Source: Eremomyces bilateralis CBS 781.70 (Eukaryota). From it: a stretch of 64,000 bases of DNA. This document shows positions 15,125-26,759 of the stretch, in pieces. The position numbers were made by a program, and so were the translations under genes. The notes under the pieces were generated by a model. The model was not told the DNA's origin. It saw only the letters and a list, made by a program, of their open reading frames with translations, and did no database searches. The DNA lies in NCBI GenBank assembly GCA_010015585.1, contig ML975151.1. One strand, 5' to 3'. Each line of letters starts with the position of its first letter. Positions within the stretch are counted from its first letter, which is position 1.

Positions 15125-15522
15125 GTCAGTTTTGAATGCCGTTCATTTACTACGCTAGGTGCCTATATGGTTGTCCTTATTTCTTATGGCCCCGAATGAA
15201 TGTAAGGAGATTGAGCCTCGATGTGGAAGAGCAACGATTGCTGGCATGGAGAAAGGACAGAACCCGTGGGAATTCTATACGTCGATCTGGTGAAAACAGG
15301 ACGAAGGATTTCTGGTAGCTCTGTATCAGTCTACTCTCTTCCATTGCCTGTGTTTCCAGATGGTGGTGGTCTTCGCACACGTGTATGGCCATAATTGGCC
15401 ATCACAAAGTATGTCTGCCTTTCCTACACCACCAACAAAGGGCAGGTTCCCGTCCTCCAACCAAATCTAATATACAGTGAGCAGTAGTCCAAAACTCATT
15501 GGCAGATGGACTGAAATGGCAC

Positions 15523-15552
15523 GTAGTATTGGGTAGTATTGGGTAGTGTTGT
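15523..15552. repeat. 10-bp tandem repeat (GTAGTATTGG x2 plus a degenerate third copy)
   Basis: Read directly: gtagtattgg gtagtattgg gtagtgttgt. Confidence 0.8.
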
Positions 15553-15720
15553 GTGAGTAGCTAAGATGTATGCTCATTCCATTATATGCTCTCCGCATGA
15601 GGACAAGAAGCCTTTCGCGACTATAAAGCCGTGGCTGTCCTTGTCTACGCTGCGGTATTTCAAATCCTCCCCATTCCGAACTTCCAAACACAGCCCTGTT
15701 TGCTCCAAAATCTGATAGCC

Positions 15721-16957
15721 ATGTCTACATGCCAAGTGGAGGAGACCAGCGATGTTCCACTCTAGGGCGATGCATCGGACAACACCACCCAGGAGAGTAT
15801 AAACCAGTCGGAATATCCCGGCGATCAAGAGACACAACTTGCCGGCTCCATCATAGTGCAGTACCTGCTGGAAAACGTCGCCGAGTTTCGGCAACTGACT
15901 GAGCTTCGGCAGCAGGTAAATAAACCCGGCGCGGAAACTCCAAGCTAAAATTAAGAGCATGACGGTTGACTGATGCCTAACATAGGGATGGAGCAACCCA
16001 GAAGGCGATCGATTCTTCCGAAAGCAACGCCACGATGCCGACAGCACTGACAAGAAGACAGCTAGAATGTTCTACAAAATGATGAAGACGATCGGCCAAG
16101 AAATGCATCAGTCAACCCGTGCTCTTGCGATTCCAAAGATGGTTGCGAATAGCCCAACCATCCTAGACATGTGTATGGCCCCCGGTGGTTTTCTTGATAC
16201 GACGTTGAAAATGAACCCTGGAGCCCACGCTCTGGGATTCAGCCTGCCTGTTTCCAAGGGAGGGCACCGGACGCTGCTGCGAAGAGATCCCAATGTGACA
16301 CTCAGATTCCTTGATGTTACGATGCTTGCTGAAGATATGGGTCTCACAGACGTCCCAGCCGAGCATCCCGACACGAAGAATCTGCTACTCCAACAGTTCG
16401 AACCCGGACAACGCTTCGATCTTGTCTTATGCGACGGTAAAGTCCTTCGTACCCACGTCCGGGCCGCATATCGAGAGCTGCGAGAAGCCCGCAGGTTAAC
16501 CGTCACACAACTTGCTCTTGGCCTTGAGCACGTCAAGGTTGGCGGAACCATGGTCGTCCTTCTTCACAAAGTCGAGCACTGGAACACGGTCTCCTTACTG
16601 TACAAGTTCAGCAAGTTCTCTTCTCTCAAGCTCTTCAAGCCGGCACCGCAGCATGCGAAGCGCTCATCTTTCTACATGATCGCCACCAATGTCCAGAGCC
16701 AGCACGGTGAGGCGGTCCGAGCGGTGGAGAGGTGGAAGAGGGAGTGGAAGGTCGCAACGTTTGGAACGGACGAAGAATACGAGGCCCTTCGTGCGCCGGG
16801 CTTAGGGGCGGAGGAAGTCCTGGGTGGGTTTGGGTCCGAGCTTGTGAGGTTGGGAAGGGAGGTATGGGGAATTCAGGCACGGGCCCTGGAGAAGGCACCG
16901 TTTATCAAGAAACGACGGACTGCAGGAGTCCGAGTCGGGCCAGTTACTGCAGCGTGA
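15721..16957 (+). pseudogene. FtsJ/RrmJ-like SAM-dependent methyltransferase with an in-frame TAG at codon 15 (15763-15765); intron ~15916-15984; possibly still expressed from Met 16067
   Basis: TATAAA at 15622 and a GCC-ATG start at 15721. The frame continues past the TAG (…QYLLENVAEFRQLTELRQQ|GWSNPEGDRFFRKQR…). SAM motif ILDMCMAPGGF, plus FDLVLCDG, GGTMVVLLHK and KRSSFYMIA. Confidence 0.65.
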
Positions 16958-17424
16958 TCTTGGTATAAGGATGGCCGATGCAAAGGGGTAGACGACTGAA
17001 AGGTGGAACGTCTCTTGGCCACTTAAGCGCAATGGACTCAGGCGTAGCACAGGGGAGCTTTGATAATGGTTGCACCTCTTAAAGCTGCGGGGGTGCGCAA
17101 CAGGTCCTTAACAATTTTGTCGCGATCTCTCATCTCTCGGTAGAAGAGGGTTATGGGGAGTTAAGAGGGTGCGGACAGTGGTATTTATGTCGCGATACAC
17201 GATGCCTCAAAAGGGATACCCCTTGAGACATTTTCACCTGAAACTCCCTGCCATCATCGGGTTCGCATGTCCTGTAACCATGCAGGAGCAAGAATAGCAC
17301 GATGCCTAGAAAGGCTCATTGTATTCAGAAATGGCTCATCAGACATACAATCATAACCCCGAACGGAACCTGCCCCGATCCCCCAAGCGCCGAACAATGT
17401 GTTGTGAATGTCCCGAATCTAGTC

Positions 17425-20048
17425 TCATCCGTCCGAGATATCCGCCGCGAAATCCCTCCGTATTGACAAATCCTCGAAGTTCTCCTCGTTGTTGATGATC
17501 AGCCCTTTCTCGTTGGCCAGGTGAAGGAGGCAGATGAAGCAATAGGAGGTCGAGATATCCGCCATCGCTTGTTTGGGATACACCGTCTGCAGGTTGTTGA
17601 TGACGTCGGTGAACATCAAAGTATCCTCCTGGGCAGTCGCAAGGGGTTTTTGAGTAGGTCTTGATGGATTTTCGGTAGGAGCCTGGCAGGAGGTTAGCAC
17701 AACCAGTATTTCGTAAAGACGATCCAGGCCGTAGAGGATCCAACTTACCAAAGCTTCCTCGAACCCAATTCCCCTCCACATCTCCTCTTTCAACCGCCGT
17801 ACATCCACCTTTTTCGCTACTCGAGCATATTGAACGTACTCCGGCCGCAACCGCCGACTTTGAGTCACGAGCTGTGTACCAAACGCTCCCTCCTGGTGAC
17901 CGTTGAGTGCCTCGCCCAGGGGCGCAATCCCATTCCCCACGCCCTCTGCAATGTCGGGAGAGAAATGGTCCCTCGCATCCGCGAACTCCAAGCCGTCGTC
18001 ATCGTCATCCATCCCCACCGCGCCGAGGCCATCGTCCTGGAAGAAATCGGCATCATAGTCGCCTCGAGCTGCCATTTCCTCGGCACTCGCAGCTGCGGCC
18101 TCTTCGTTCTTCCGTGCCCAGAATTCCTCGTCGAGGTTGGCGTTCGATGAAGCCTGGTCTGCGGTTAGGCGGCCACCCGACGGCCGTAAGGAGCCCATCT
18201 CCGCCTTTGGTTTGAGAAAGAGTCGTAGCAGCTGTCGGGAGCTAAAATGCTTGTCATCAGGAAGGAGATTTCTGGACTTCGATTTCCATTGCGCTTTCGG
18301 TAGCGTGATCGAGGAAATGGATGCCGCTGTCGTATATAGCCCGTCCGCCATCGCTTGTGACATTGGAGCAGCGAAGTCGATTTCGAAAGGTTCCCGTTCC
18401 TTCCGCTTCGTCGGGCCGGCGTTCGCTGCCTTTGCAGCATCCTTAATTCGTCGGATCCTCCAGTGTTCCGGCCCGGCCCAGTTCTTCTGAAGGGCCTCGT
18501 CGAAGTAATTCAAGATGTTCGCCTGTTGGTCATCGACGCCGTGTTGTAGGATAACCCCGTACTGCGGCTTTCCGACCTCGAAGGTACCGACATTGCCGTT
18601 CGCCTCGTCGTCATCAGCTAAACCGTCATGCGGCCGCATCTGGACGTCGAGCGCGGCTTCTCTTGCCCAGGCCTCGCCGCCCTCTCCGAACCCCACGTCG
18701 CCCGGCAGGTCGAACCCAAGTGCGTCGTCGTCGTCGTCGTCAAAACCCATTGGGTTATCGCCATCAAGGAAGCCCCCTGAAGCGCCCGGAGTAGTGTCTC
18801 TCTTCTGTTGTTTCCAGTCATCCGCACCCTTCAAAATAGGTAGTGAAAGCGATCCATTCGGATCGCCAAGGCTGAAGTCTTTAAACGAGGGACAGATATC
18901 CTGCTCATCCAGAATTGCGAGGTTTGGAAAGAATTTCGCCCCCAAACCGGCAATATCAACCTCTACTGCCGGCTCTTCCACTGGCTCCTCGAGCTGCTCA
19001 GCGTCTGCGTCCTGCATCAAAGTATCTCCATCTTCCCCCGGCAAGTTCTCGGCCTCGGCATCCGACACCATTCCGGCTTCGTTTTGCGGCTCCGTTTCCC
19101 GAACATCATCGCTGCTGTCAAAGACAATCCTGCCTTCAGTATCGATACCGAGATGGTTTAACAAGAGTCCTTTCGCACCACCCTCATCAAAATCAGCTGA
19201 GGCCTTTTTAAACAGCGGGTCGACCGAGAACTCGAGCTCCATCTTCTTTAGCTGTAGTTGAGCAAAGGAGTTGACCAATGTAGCCTCTGATGACCGTTGC
19301 GTCTACATCCGAAGGTAAGCATATAATTCCCATTTCTCATGCGATTGACCTGACCTTCTTCCTTGATTTCTTTCTCTCTCCTTCCTCATCGGAACCATCG
19401 GAACCATCGGCGTCTTCTCCGTCCGTTCCCCGACCCTTGCTGTCTTTACTCCTGCTCTCCGCCAGGCCACTCAGCAGCTTCCCGGTTTCCGTCGCGACAC
19501 TGTCCACGCGACTCGTGTAGATCTTCACGCATCCGTCCAGCGTGCAACTCGCCCTCTGGAAGTTCACACCGTCGCCCTCCCTCAGCAGCGACATGTCATG
19601 GAAATAATCGATCAACGCGAAGTTCCAGGAGTTCTGCGCGTTGATCTTGTTGTCCGTCGCCATCTTCATCCATTCTTCGAAATTGGCCAGGATCGGCACC
19701 CGCTTCATCGGAGTCACCGCGTTTCCGCCGACACTGGGTCCATCGTCGCCTGGAGTCCGCGGACTGGTCCCGAGGAACGACCGTCGCTTCCGCATGGGCG
19801 TCGCGGCCGCGCGTATTTGGTTCATTTGGACCTCATGGAGGGCTTGTCGAGATTGCATGCGGTTGGCCTTTTCCCTCCGGTCATCATTTAGAGGGACTCT
19901 GAAATCCATTAGTATTCGTTGGCATGGAATGCGAATTGCACGGTGCCCAGGGCGGTTGTTTGGGTACGTACTTCATGGGCGACTTGTGTGGTGTAGCCAC
20001 GGAGACATACTTGTCGCGACCTTTTGGGGGGCCCAAATCTCGAGGCAT
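17425..20048 (-). CDS. BRN1: Condensin kleisin subunit (Brn1/Cnd2/CAP-H, barren); 4 exons
   Basis: Motifs NFEEWMKMATDNKINAQNSWNFALIDYFHD, NFQRASCTLDGCVKIYTSRVDSV, VDPLFKKASADFDEGGAKGLLLN, NWAGPEHWR, YARVAKKVDVRRLK and STSYCFICLLHLANEKGL. Introns ~19900-19971, ~19303-19354 and an in-frame ~17684-17748. Confidence 0.95.
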
Positions 20049-21243
20049 GGTGAGTAGCTGTAAATACAACCAAAGAGCAGCACATGAATTGATTGCAATT
20101 TGGAGGTGCATTAATGGTTACCGTTAGCTTGTCGCACAGAGTCCTTAACTTGCGCGGCTTAAGAAACTCCAGAGTGTAAACAATCACAGAGGCCCGTGCA
20201 CAACATTAACAGGGGTACCGGGTAATGGGGTATAAGGTATTTAATGTTAGCTGTTAGGTGGAAGAAGCGCGTCACGTGTCCATGAGATTATGTAGTGATT
20301 ATGACGAAGTTGTAGGACGCGAAAGTTATGCACGATACTGCGGGGAGCAAGACTCGTTAGTGAGGACCAGAATCGTTCAATTCCTTGCCTCTCGGAGTTT
20401 AAAGCACTCGAATTCCATTCTAGGAATAATGCAAGTCTGGTCTGGTGTTCTGGTTGTGTTGCCTGAGGCATAAACCACTGCCCAGACCAATGGTCTAAGG
20501 CATCAATATTCACCTCTCACAATCTCACTGTCCGTACAGAGTACGACTAAGCTGATCGCTGAACAATCAACTCTTGGGACCATACACTTGGCAGCTAGGT
20601 ACTTCAAGAAATTGTCGAGGTTTCCGAAACGTGAAATGGCGGAAAGATATTCGTTCCAGCCCGTCTCGGCGAAGGAGTGATAGTCTCCTGTACAACAACC
20701 TTGCTAAGTTGCTGACAGAGCCTGACATGTGTAGAAGCGGCCGTTCCCGAATTTCCCAATGGACTGGACGGATGGATTCCGTTGCAACGGCGGACTAAGA
20801 ATACCAGCACACACAGAAAAAGCTCGGCTCGACGTCATCCACAGCCAAACACAGGACAAGCCCAGTCAGGGCCCTGCATGAATGACTGCATCTCTCAACA
20901 AACTCCGTTCTGCCATTCAGCCAGGCATCGAGATCAAGACTCCAGTCAGAATAAAAGACCATCGACATCGTCGTCAGCAATCCTCTCGCTTTTCTTCCTT
21001 CTTCATTGCCATCATGCGTCCCTATCTCTCCATTCTTATCAACCACGACCCTCATCTAACTATTCCCTTTACGAAGCTGAACTCTTTCAACACTCGCTCA
21101 GCAGGTGGCGTTGGTCTGTCACGCCACGCCGCAAGTCTATCGCCTTCTCGTTATCGCTGATGACTCCCTCATTCACGATAATAAATTAACGGCATTGATC
21201 CTCGAAAGATCCTCACCGTCCATTCCGTCTCATTCCACTGACC

Positions 21244-22331
21244 ATGATGGGGTTCTTCCGTAAAGAGAAGCCATCCTCCGAACCCTCCACCACCACAGTT
21301 CCCTCAGAAGCCCCAACGAACCCCGAGGACCCAACTGACGACCCAACCGACGACCCAACCGGCGACGCTATCACGACAGCGACAGCGAATCCAGCAAACC
21401 CGCTCGACTACCCAGCAACGCAAGTCTTCTACGCCGATCCGTCCTTCCCCGAACCCCCCGAACTCAACTACGACCTCCGCTCCCGGAAGAAGGCCCTCAT
21501 CTTCTTCTGGTCCCTCGTCATCGTCGACTGCGTCTTTGTCCCCATCGCCCTCTACTTCGGCCTCTTCTACGGTACCAGCCTCTCCCACAACGCTGTCTTC
21601 TCCATCAGCACCGCCACCCTCGGGACCGTGTCCATCGTCGAATACTTCCTCCGATTCCACCGCCTTTTCCGGAAAGGCAGCAAGTGTCGCGTCATCGGCT
21701 CGCATCGCTGGTACCTCGACTGGTTCCACTGGAATCTGAGCCTCGGATGGATCGCCGTCATGATTGAGTTGATCGTCGGAACCGTGCCGCATGAGCCGCC
21801 GATTCGCCTGCTCGCCATGCCCGTGTCGTCGATGCTGTACGCGCTCGCCGTTGAGATGCTGATTGTCGATGTGTTGCGATACTTTAAGGTGCGGGCGCCG
21901 GTACGGGTCAGTTCGCTTCCGCGAGGTGCGGAGCTGCGACCTGGGTTATATGCCTTTATCGAAGATGTCGTGGCGGTGGATGGAAGCGGCGGAGCGGAGT
22001 ACCGGCAGAGGCTAAACGTGCGGTATCTCTCGAGCCACTATTTCCGAGTCATGTTGCACCGATTGACCCTATTCTGGGCTTTCGGAGCGATCGGGGTTGC
22101 AACACTGACGACGATTTTGATCTTCACGCTTCAGAAAGATGCAGCATATGTGGTAAGTCCGGAGTGCGATCGACTGCATGTGGTTACATCAGGCTAATGG
22201 ATTGTCAGGTTGGATGGACCGTCCCATTTATTTGGGCCGGTATCTGGTCATGGATCACTGTACCGTATGTAAAGCGGAGTCTGAAGCGCGAGCGCGAGAT
22301 TTGGAAAGCAGAGCGAAGACCGAAGGCCTGA
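21244..22331 (+). CDS. Multi-pass membrane protein of unknown function; 2 exons (intron ~22153-22208)
   Basis: About 6-7 hydrophobic segments and strong codon bias. Acidic N-terminal DDPT repeats. Motif FIEDVVAVDGSGG. The spliced last exon reads VGWTVPFIWAGIWSWITVPYVKRSLKRERE…PKA*. Confidence 0.8.
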
Positions 22332-22917
22332 TGCAACGTTGATGCGCCCAGCCCTTTCATTACGCATACTTAATGCCGCTACCGAGCATTAGAGCGTTGC
22401 CAAAAGATATGACCTGGGTTTGACGAATTAATATACGACACATAAACGGAGCATAGGAGCATCTGGGGGGCCATTTTGTATAGATCTATGTATCAGCAGC
22501 GCAAATCTCAAGCGGTCGATTTGTTTCCCACAGCGCAGTGGTTTCCTAACTTGATATCCTAACTTCTATTGCGGTAACCAGGTCAGTTCGTAACTGAGGT
22601 GTTGTTTGCTGTGGGTATCATCAGGCCATCAGCACAGTAGGCGAGGTACTGAACTGCAAGCCTGTCCATATATTGTTCGAACATGTTAACGTACATGTTA
22701 ATGTGTCCCGACTATCACCGTGATTACCTTTCTTATAGGCTTCTCACCTTGATTTCTCTCTTTGGTTTCCCATCCTATACATCCTATTAATGTCCTCATG
22801 ACATCGCAAGCCAGCCTATCAGGGTCTGTTCCATTTATGTAGACCACCCCACAACAGCAGGCGCCACGCCCACGAACCAACCCCCCTGTCTCCAGCCCTC
22901 ACTCCACGCCTTACCAC

Positions 22918-22959
22918 TTATCCGTAGTTATCAGTAACTATCCGTAACTATCAGTAACT
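22918..22959. repeat. Four tandem 10-bp units YTATCMGTAR, each containing a GATA core on the - strand
   Basis: ttatccgtag ttatcagtaa ctatccgtaa ctatcagtaa, about 500 bp upstream of the amino-acid permease ATG. Confidence 0.85.
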
Positions 22960-23456
22960 TTTCTCGGCTCCTACATGAAAGTCCCAGACCACGAACCGTA
23001 GTCTTCGGTCTCGACACCACGCCACCGACGCCAGGTTATCGGTGCTCCCGGCCTGATATGATAAAGCGAATACGTGATGGGCGTCCCGTAGCGGCCTTAG
23101 CACCGCTGGATGCGGGGATTCAAGCAAATTGGCGGGTTTGACCAAGGGCCTAGTCCCGGATAGGGCGCATCACACGGGTGCTTGGCTGAGTAGGACACAA
23201 CGACAAGGCGAGAACCGAACGGGACTTTTATTAGCCCGTGAAGCTTGAGATGCTTGCAGGCCGATGCTGATAAGGTCGGTCTCCCCAATTTTCAGCGCGC
23301 ACTTCGCTTTCTCGGAGATCGTCTGGGCGCATAGTCTGTCGCATCTACAAACTGCTAGTTTAAATCTCGTCGAATCTACTAATCGGCGCTTCTGTGAGAG
23401 GATCAATTGGGTTCGGCTGCTGCATATTCACCGTGTCAGTGGACTTGGACGACGTC

Positions 23457-25473
23457 ATGTCTTCCATGGCGCGGCGACTCTCCGTCACCGACGCGACTGA
23501 CGCAGCGGACGAGAACCGTCTCGCTGACTGGGGCTACAAACAAGAGCTGAAAAGAGACTGGAGTGTGTTGCAAAACTTCGGAGTCTCCTTTAGTATTATT
23601 GTGAGTTGAACTCGGAGATCGTCGTGGTAAAGTTCCATCGAGGCTCAAGAGCTAACCATCGGTGTCACAGAGTGTTGTAACAGGTCTTACAACCCTATTC
23701 AGGTAAGAACTCCTGATGGATCAACTGGGGACCATATCTGACAGGTTGACAGCTATGGCTTGACAACTGGCGGTCCTGCCGTAATGGCATCGGGCTGGAT
23801 TTGCGGTACGTATGTCGAAATCACCTAATATCGCTTCGATCCATCCGCTATTACCAATATAGTCTCCTTTTTCACCCTCTTCGTCGGCCTCTCCATGGCT
23901 GAAATCGTGTCCGCGATTCCCACCTCCGGGGGCCCTTATTTCTGGGCCGCGAAACTCGCTCCCGACCACCTCGCCCCTTTCTTCTCGTGGGTGACGGGCT
24001 GGTTTAACTTCGTCGGCCAGTTCGCCGTGACGACCGGGATATCCTTCGGACTGGCCGGGTTGATCAGCACGGCCGCGACGGTGAAGACTAGTTACGAGCC
24101 GACGCCCGCGAAGGTGATCGGGATCTACGCGGCGATTCTAGTCAGCCATGGGCTGGTGAATAGCTTCGGGGTGCACGCCTTGCGGTATCTGAACAATGCG
24201 AGTATCGTTTTGCATAGCTTGGGCGTTGGGGCGCTGGCGATCGCCATCCTGAGCAAGGCGCCCACGCATCGAAGTGCGAGCGAGGTTTTCGGGCACTTCT
24301 ACGATGTGAGCAACCGATACTGGAGTCCTATATGTGTTCGGTGACTTACTGTATCACAGGGAACCGGTGATCCGGGCTGGTCTGAACGCGCTTCGCCCGC
24401 GTATGTTGCGATCACTGGAGTTTTGATGAGCCAGTTTACGATTACAGGTGAGTGGTTGAGGGATATGTGAATCGACCCAGCCTCTGCAGGCTATGCAGCG
24501 GTTTACGATGGTTGAATCCTTAAAGCAAATTCAACCTTTCTAGGTCTCCGGAATCTAATAACGATTACAGGGTTCGACGCCTCCGCGCACTTGAGCGAAG
24601 AGACTCACGATGCCTCTTGGGCGGCCCCAATCGGCGTCATCATGTCCATCGCCTGCTCCTCCATCTTCGGCTTCTTCTACATGCTCAGCCTCCTCTTTTC
24701 CATCCAGGACTTCGATCGCACCATCAATTCGGACTACGAGCAGCCCGTGCTCCAGATTTTAGTGGACGTATTCGGGGAAAACGGCGCCCTGGTGCTCATG
24801 ACGCTGATCATGGTGTGCGTCTGGCATTGCGGCCTCTTCTCCATCACCTCTAACTCCCGCATGATGTTCGCCTTCAGCCGGGACGGTGCGTTGCCGCATT
24901 TCTTCGACCACGTCCACCCGACGCTGAAGAGCCCGATCCGGACGATTTGGCTGGCGGCAACCCTGTCCTTCATCCTCGCGTTGCCGAGTCTGGGATCCAG
25001 CGTCGCGTACGCAGCCGCTACGAGCATCGCTACCATCGGATTGTATATCAGCTACGCGATCCCGGTCTTGATCGCAATTATCTGGCCCAAAAAGTTCAAA
25101 TCGATGAAGGGTCCGTTCGACTTGAAAGTCTTCTCGTGGCCAGTAGGATTCATTGCGTGTCTTTGGGTAAGTGATTAACTCAGCCGTTGGTCCGAATGAC
25201 TACGATGCCACTAACGAGAGAAAAACGCAGGTCGCATTCATCACCATCGTGTTCTGTCTCCCAACTCTCAACCCGGTTGATAGTCAGTCATTGAACTACA
25301 CTCCGGTTGCTGTGGGAATTGTCATTCTATTCACGTTTGCTACCTGGTTTTTATGGGCCCATCGCTGGTTTACAGGGCCGATTAACCAGATCGAGCTTGA
25401 GCAGGCGGGCGTAAGCCTTGAAGCACAAGCGTTGGAGGAGCATGCGGCCGATGTGACGAAGAAGGCAGAATAG
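23457..25473 (+). CDS. APC-superfamily amino acid/GABA/polyamine permease (ACT family, UGA4/TPO5-like); about 7 exons
   Basis: Motifs GYKQELKRDWSVLQNFGVSFSII, YGLTTGGP, MAEIVSAIPTSGGPYFWA, GFDASAHLSEET, SRMMFAFSRDGALP, GPFDL and LNYTPVAVG. Multiple canonical introns. Confidence 0.92.
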
Positions 25474-26759
25474 GGGGAGATTGAGGCCTTTCGGGATCTA
25501 ATTCCACAGTGCATGTGTATGGGGTACATTTCCCAATTGCGCTACCTACTATTGTGCAGGAAACTCCGAAATGAGGATTGGGGCGGTTTGAAGTTTGATC
25601 ATATATATAGTTGAGGATATTAATCTAAAGAAGCTGACTGCTACAAACCTGCAGTGTGAAGGTGACTGTATGTATTAGTAAGATATTCACAGTACTGTAA
25701 ACATGCCCAGAAGTGCCGACATGATTTTAGCACACATTTGATAACCCGTAAAATTACCAATAACTAAAGGAAACGGGAAATACTGCAGAATCTGGAGAAG
25801 ACCAAAAGTTATGATGCATACTGTAGTCTACTGCAGTGTTAACATCATGAGTTGAACTGTGGCGGCAGATATTGGAGTCCGTATCACGATTGGTCCTGGC
25901 AGTGACGGGCTCAAGGGACCACACTCAAGTATATATCATTCTCGCTGAGCTTCAATGGTCACGACTGAGTTCGATAATCCGGGTAAGATACAATGTAGAA
26001 GCCATTTTTGGTGAATGGTGACGGAATCTGAGCCAGCAAAGGTTGGCCGTCGATTTGGTGGATTAAAGGGGACTGGGGAGTTAAAGGCAAGAATAGACCT
26101 GTCTGGGCGATAAACCGGAAGGTAAGTAGATTACCTATCCATCTGTACATGTCATGCTGCGGACCTAAGAGAGAATGGTAATACCCAATGCCTTGCAAGT
26201 TGCAAGAGTTAAACTACGACTGCACAAGGAATAATTGGCTCTTTCAAAGGTTTTAAATCGGTGATGGCAATTGCGGTTTGAAGTCCGATGCGAGGCACGT
26301 GATATGCTGCGCCGCATCGCTAGCGGCGCGTCTGGGCCAAGCAGTTGGTGGCTAGTGCACATTGCGTAGGCCACGTTCCTGCCCTGCTTGGCCATTTGAC
26401 GTTAATTGGTCAATTTGCCACCCACCCTGCTCATTCGGACATTTTTCTAGGAAGTGAATCAGGAAGTGACGTCGCGTGCGATTTCCAGTTCCACATCTGG
26501 CTCACCGTCCATCATTCCAACCAACCAATTTCATATCTCGTCGTTCACCCACCTTGTTATCATCCTGATTCAGCCAATGTTTTCGCTGTCGCCTTTCTTC
26601 TCTCTCCGTACCTTCATCCTTTCCGATCTCACCTCCACCCTTCATCTTTCCCTCCTCTCGCTACCTGAGCTCGCTGCTAGTATAGAATGATGATGGTTTA
26701 CTGATTCATTTCCTTGACATCGCTGAGAACGGGCAATTGCCAATCAATATACCGCCAAC

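Noticed and set aside
15574..16053. 159-aa - strand ORF
   Set aside because: It is antisense to the first exon and intron of the FtsJ-like gene and has no motifs of its own.
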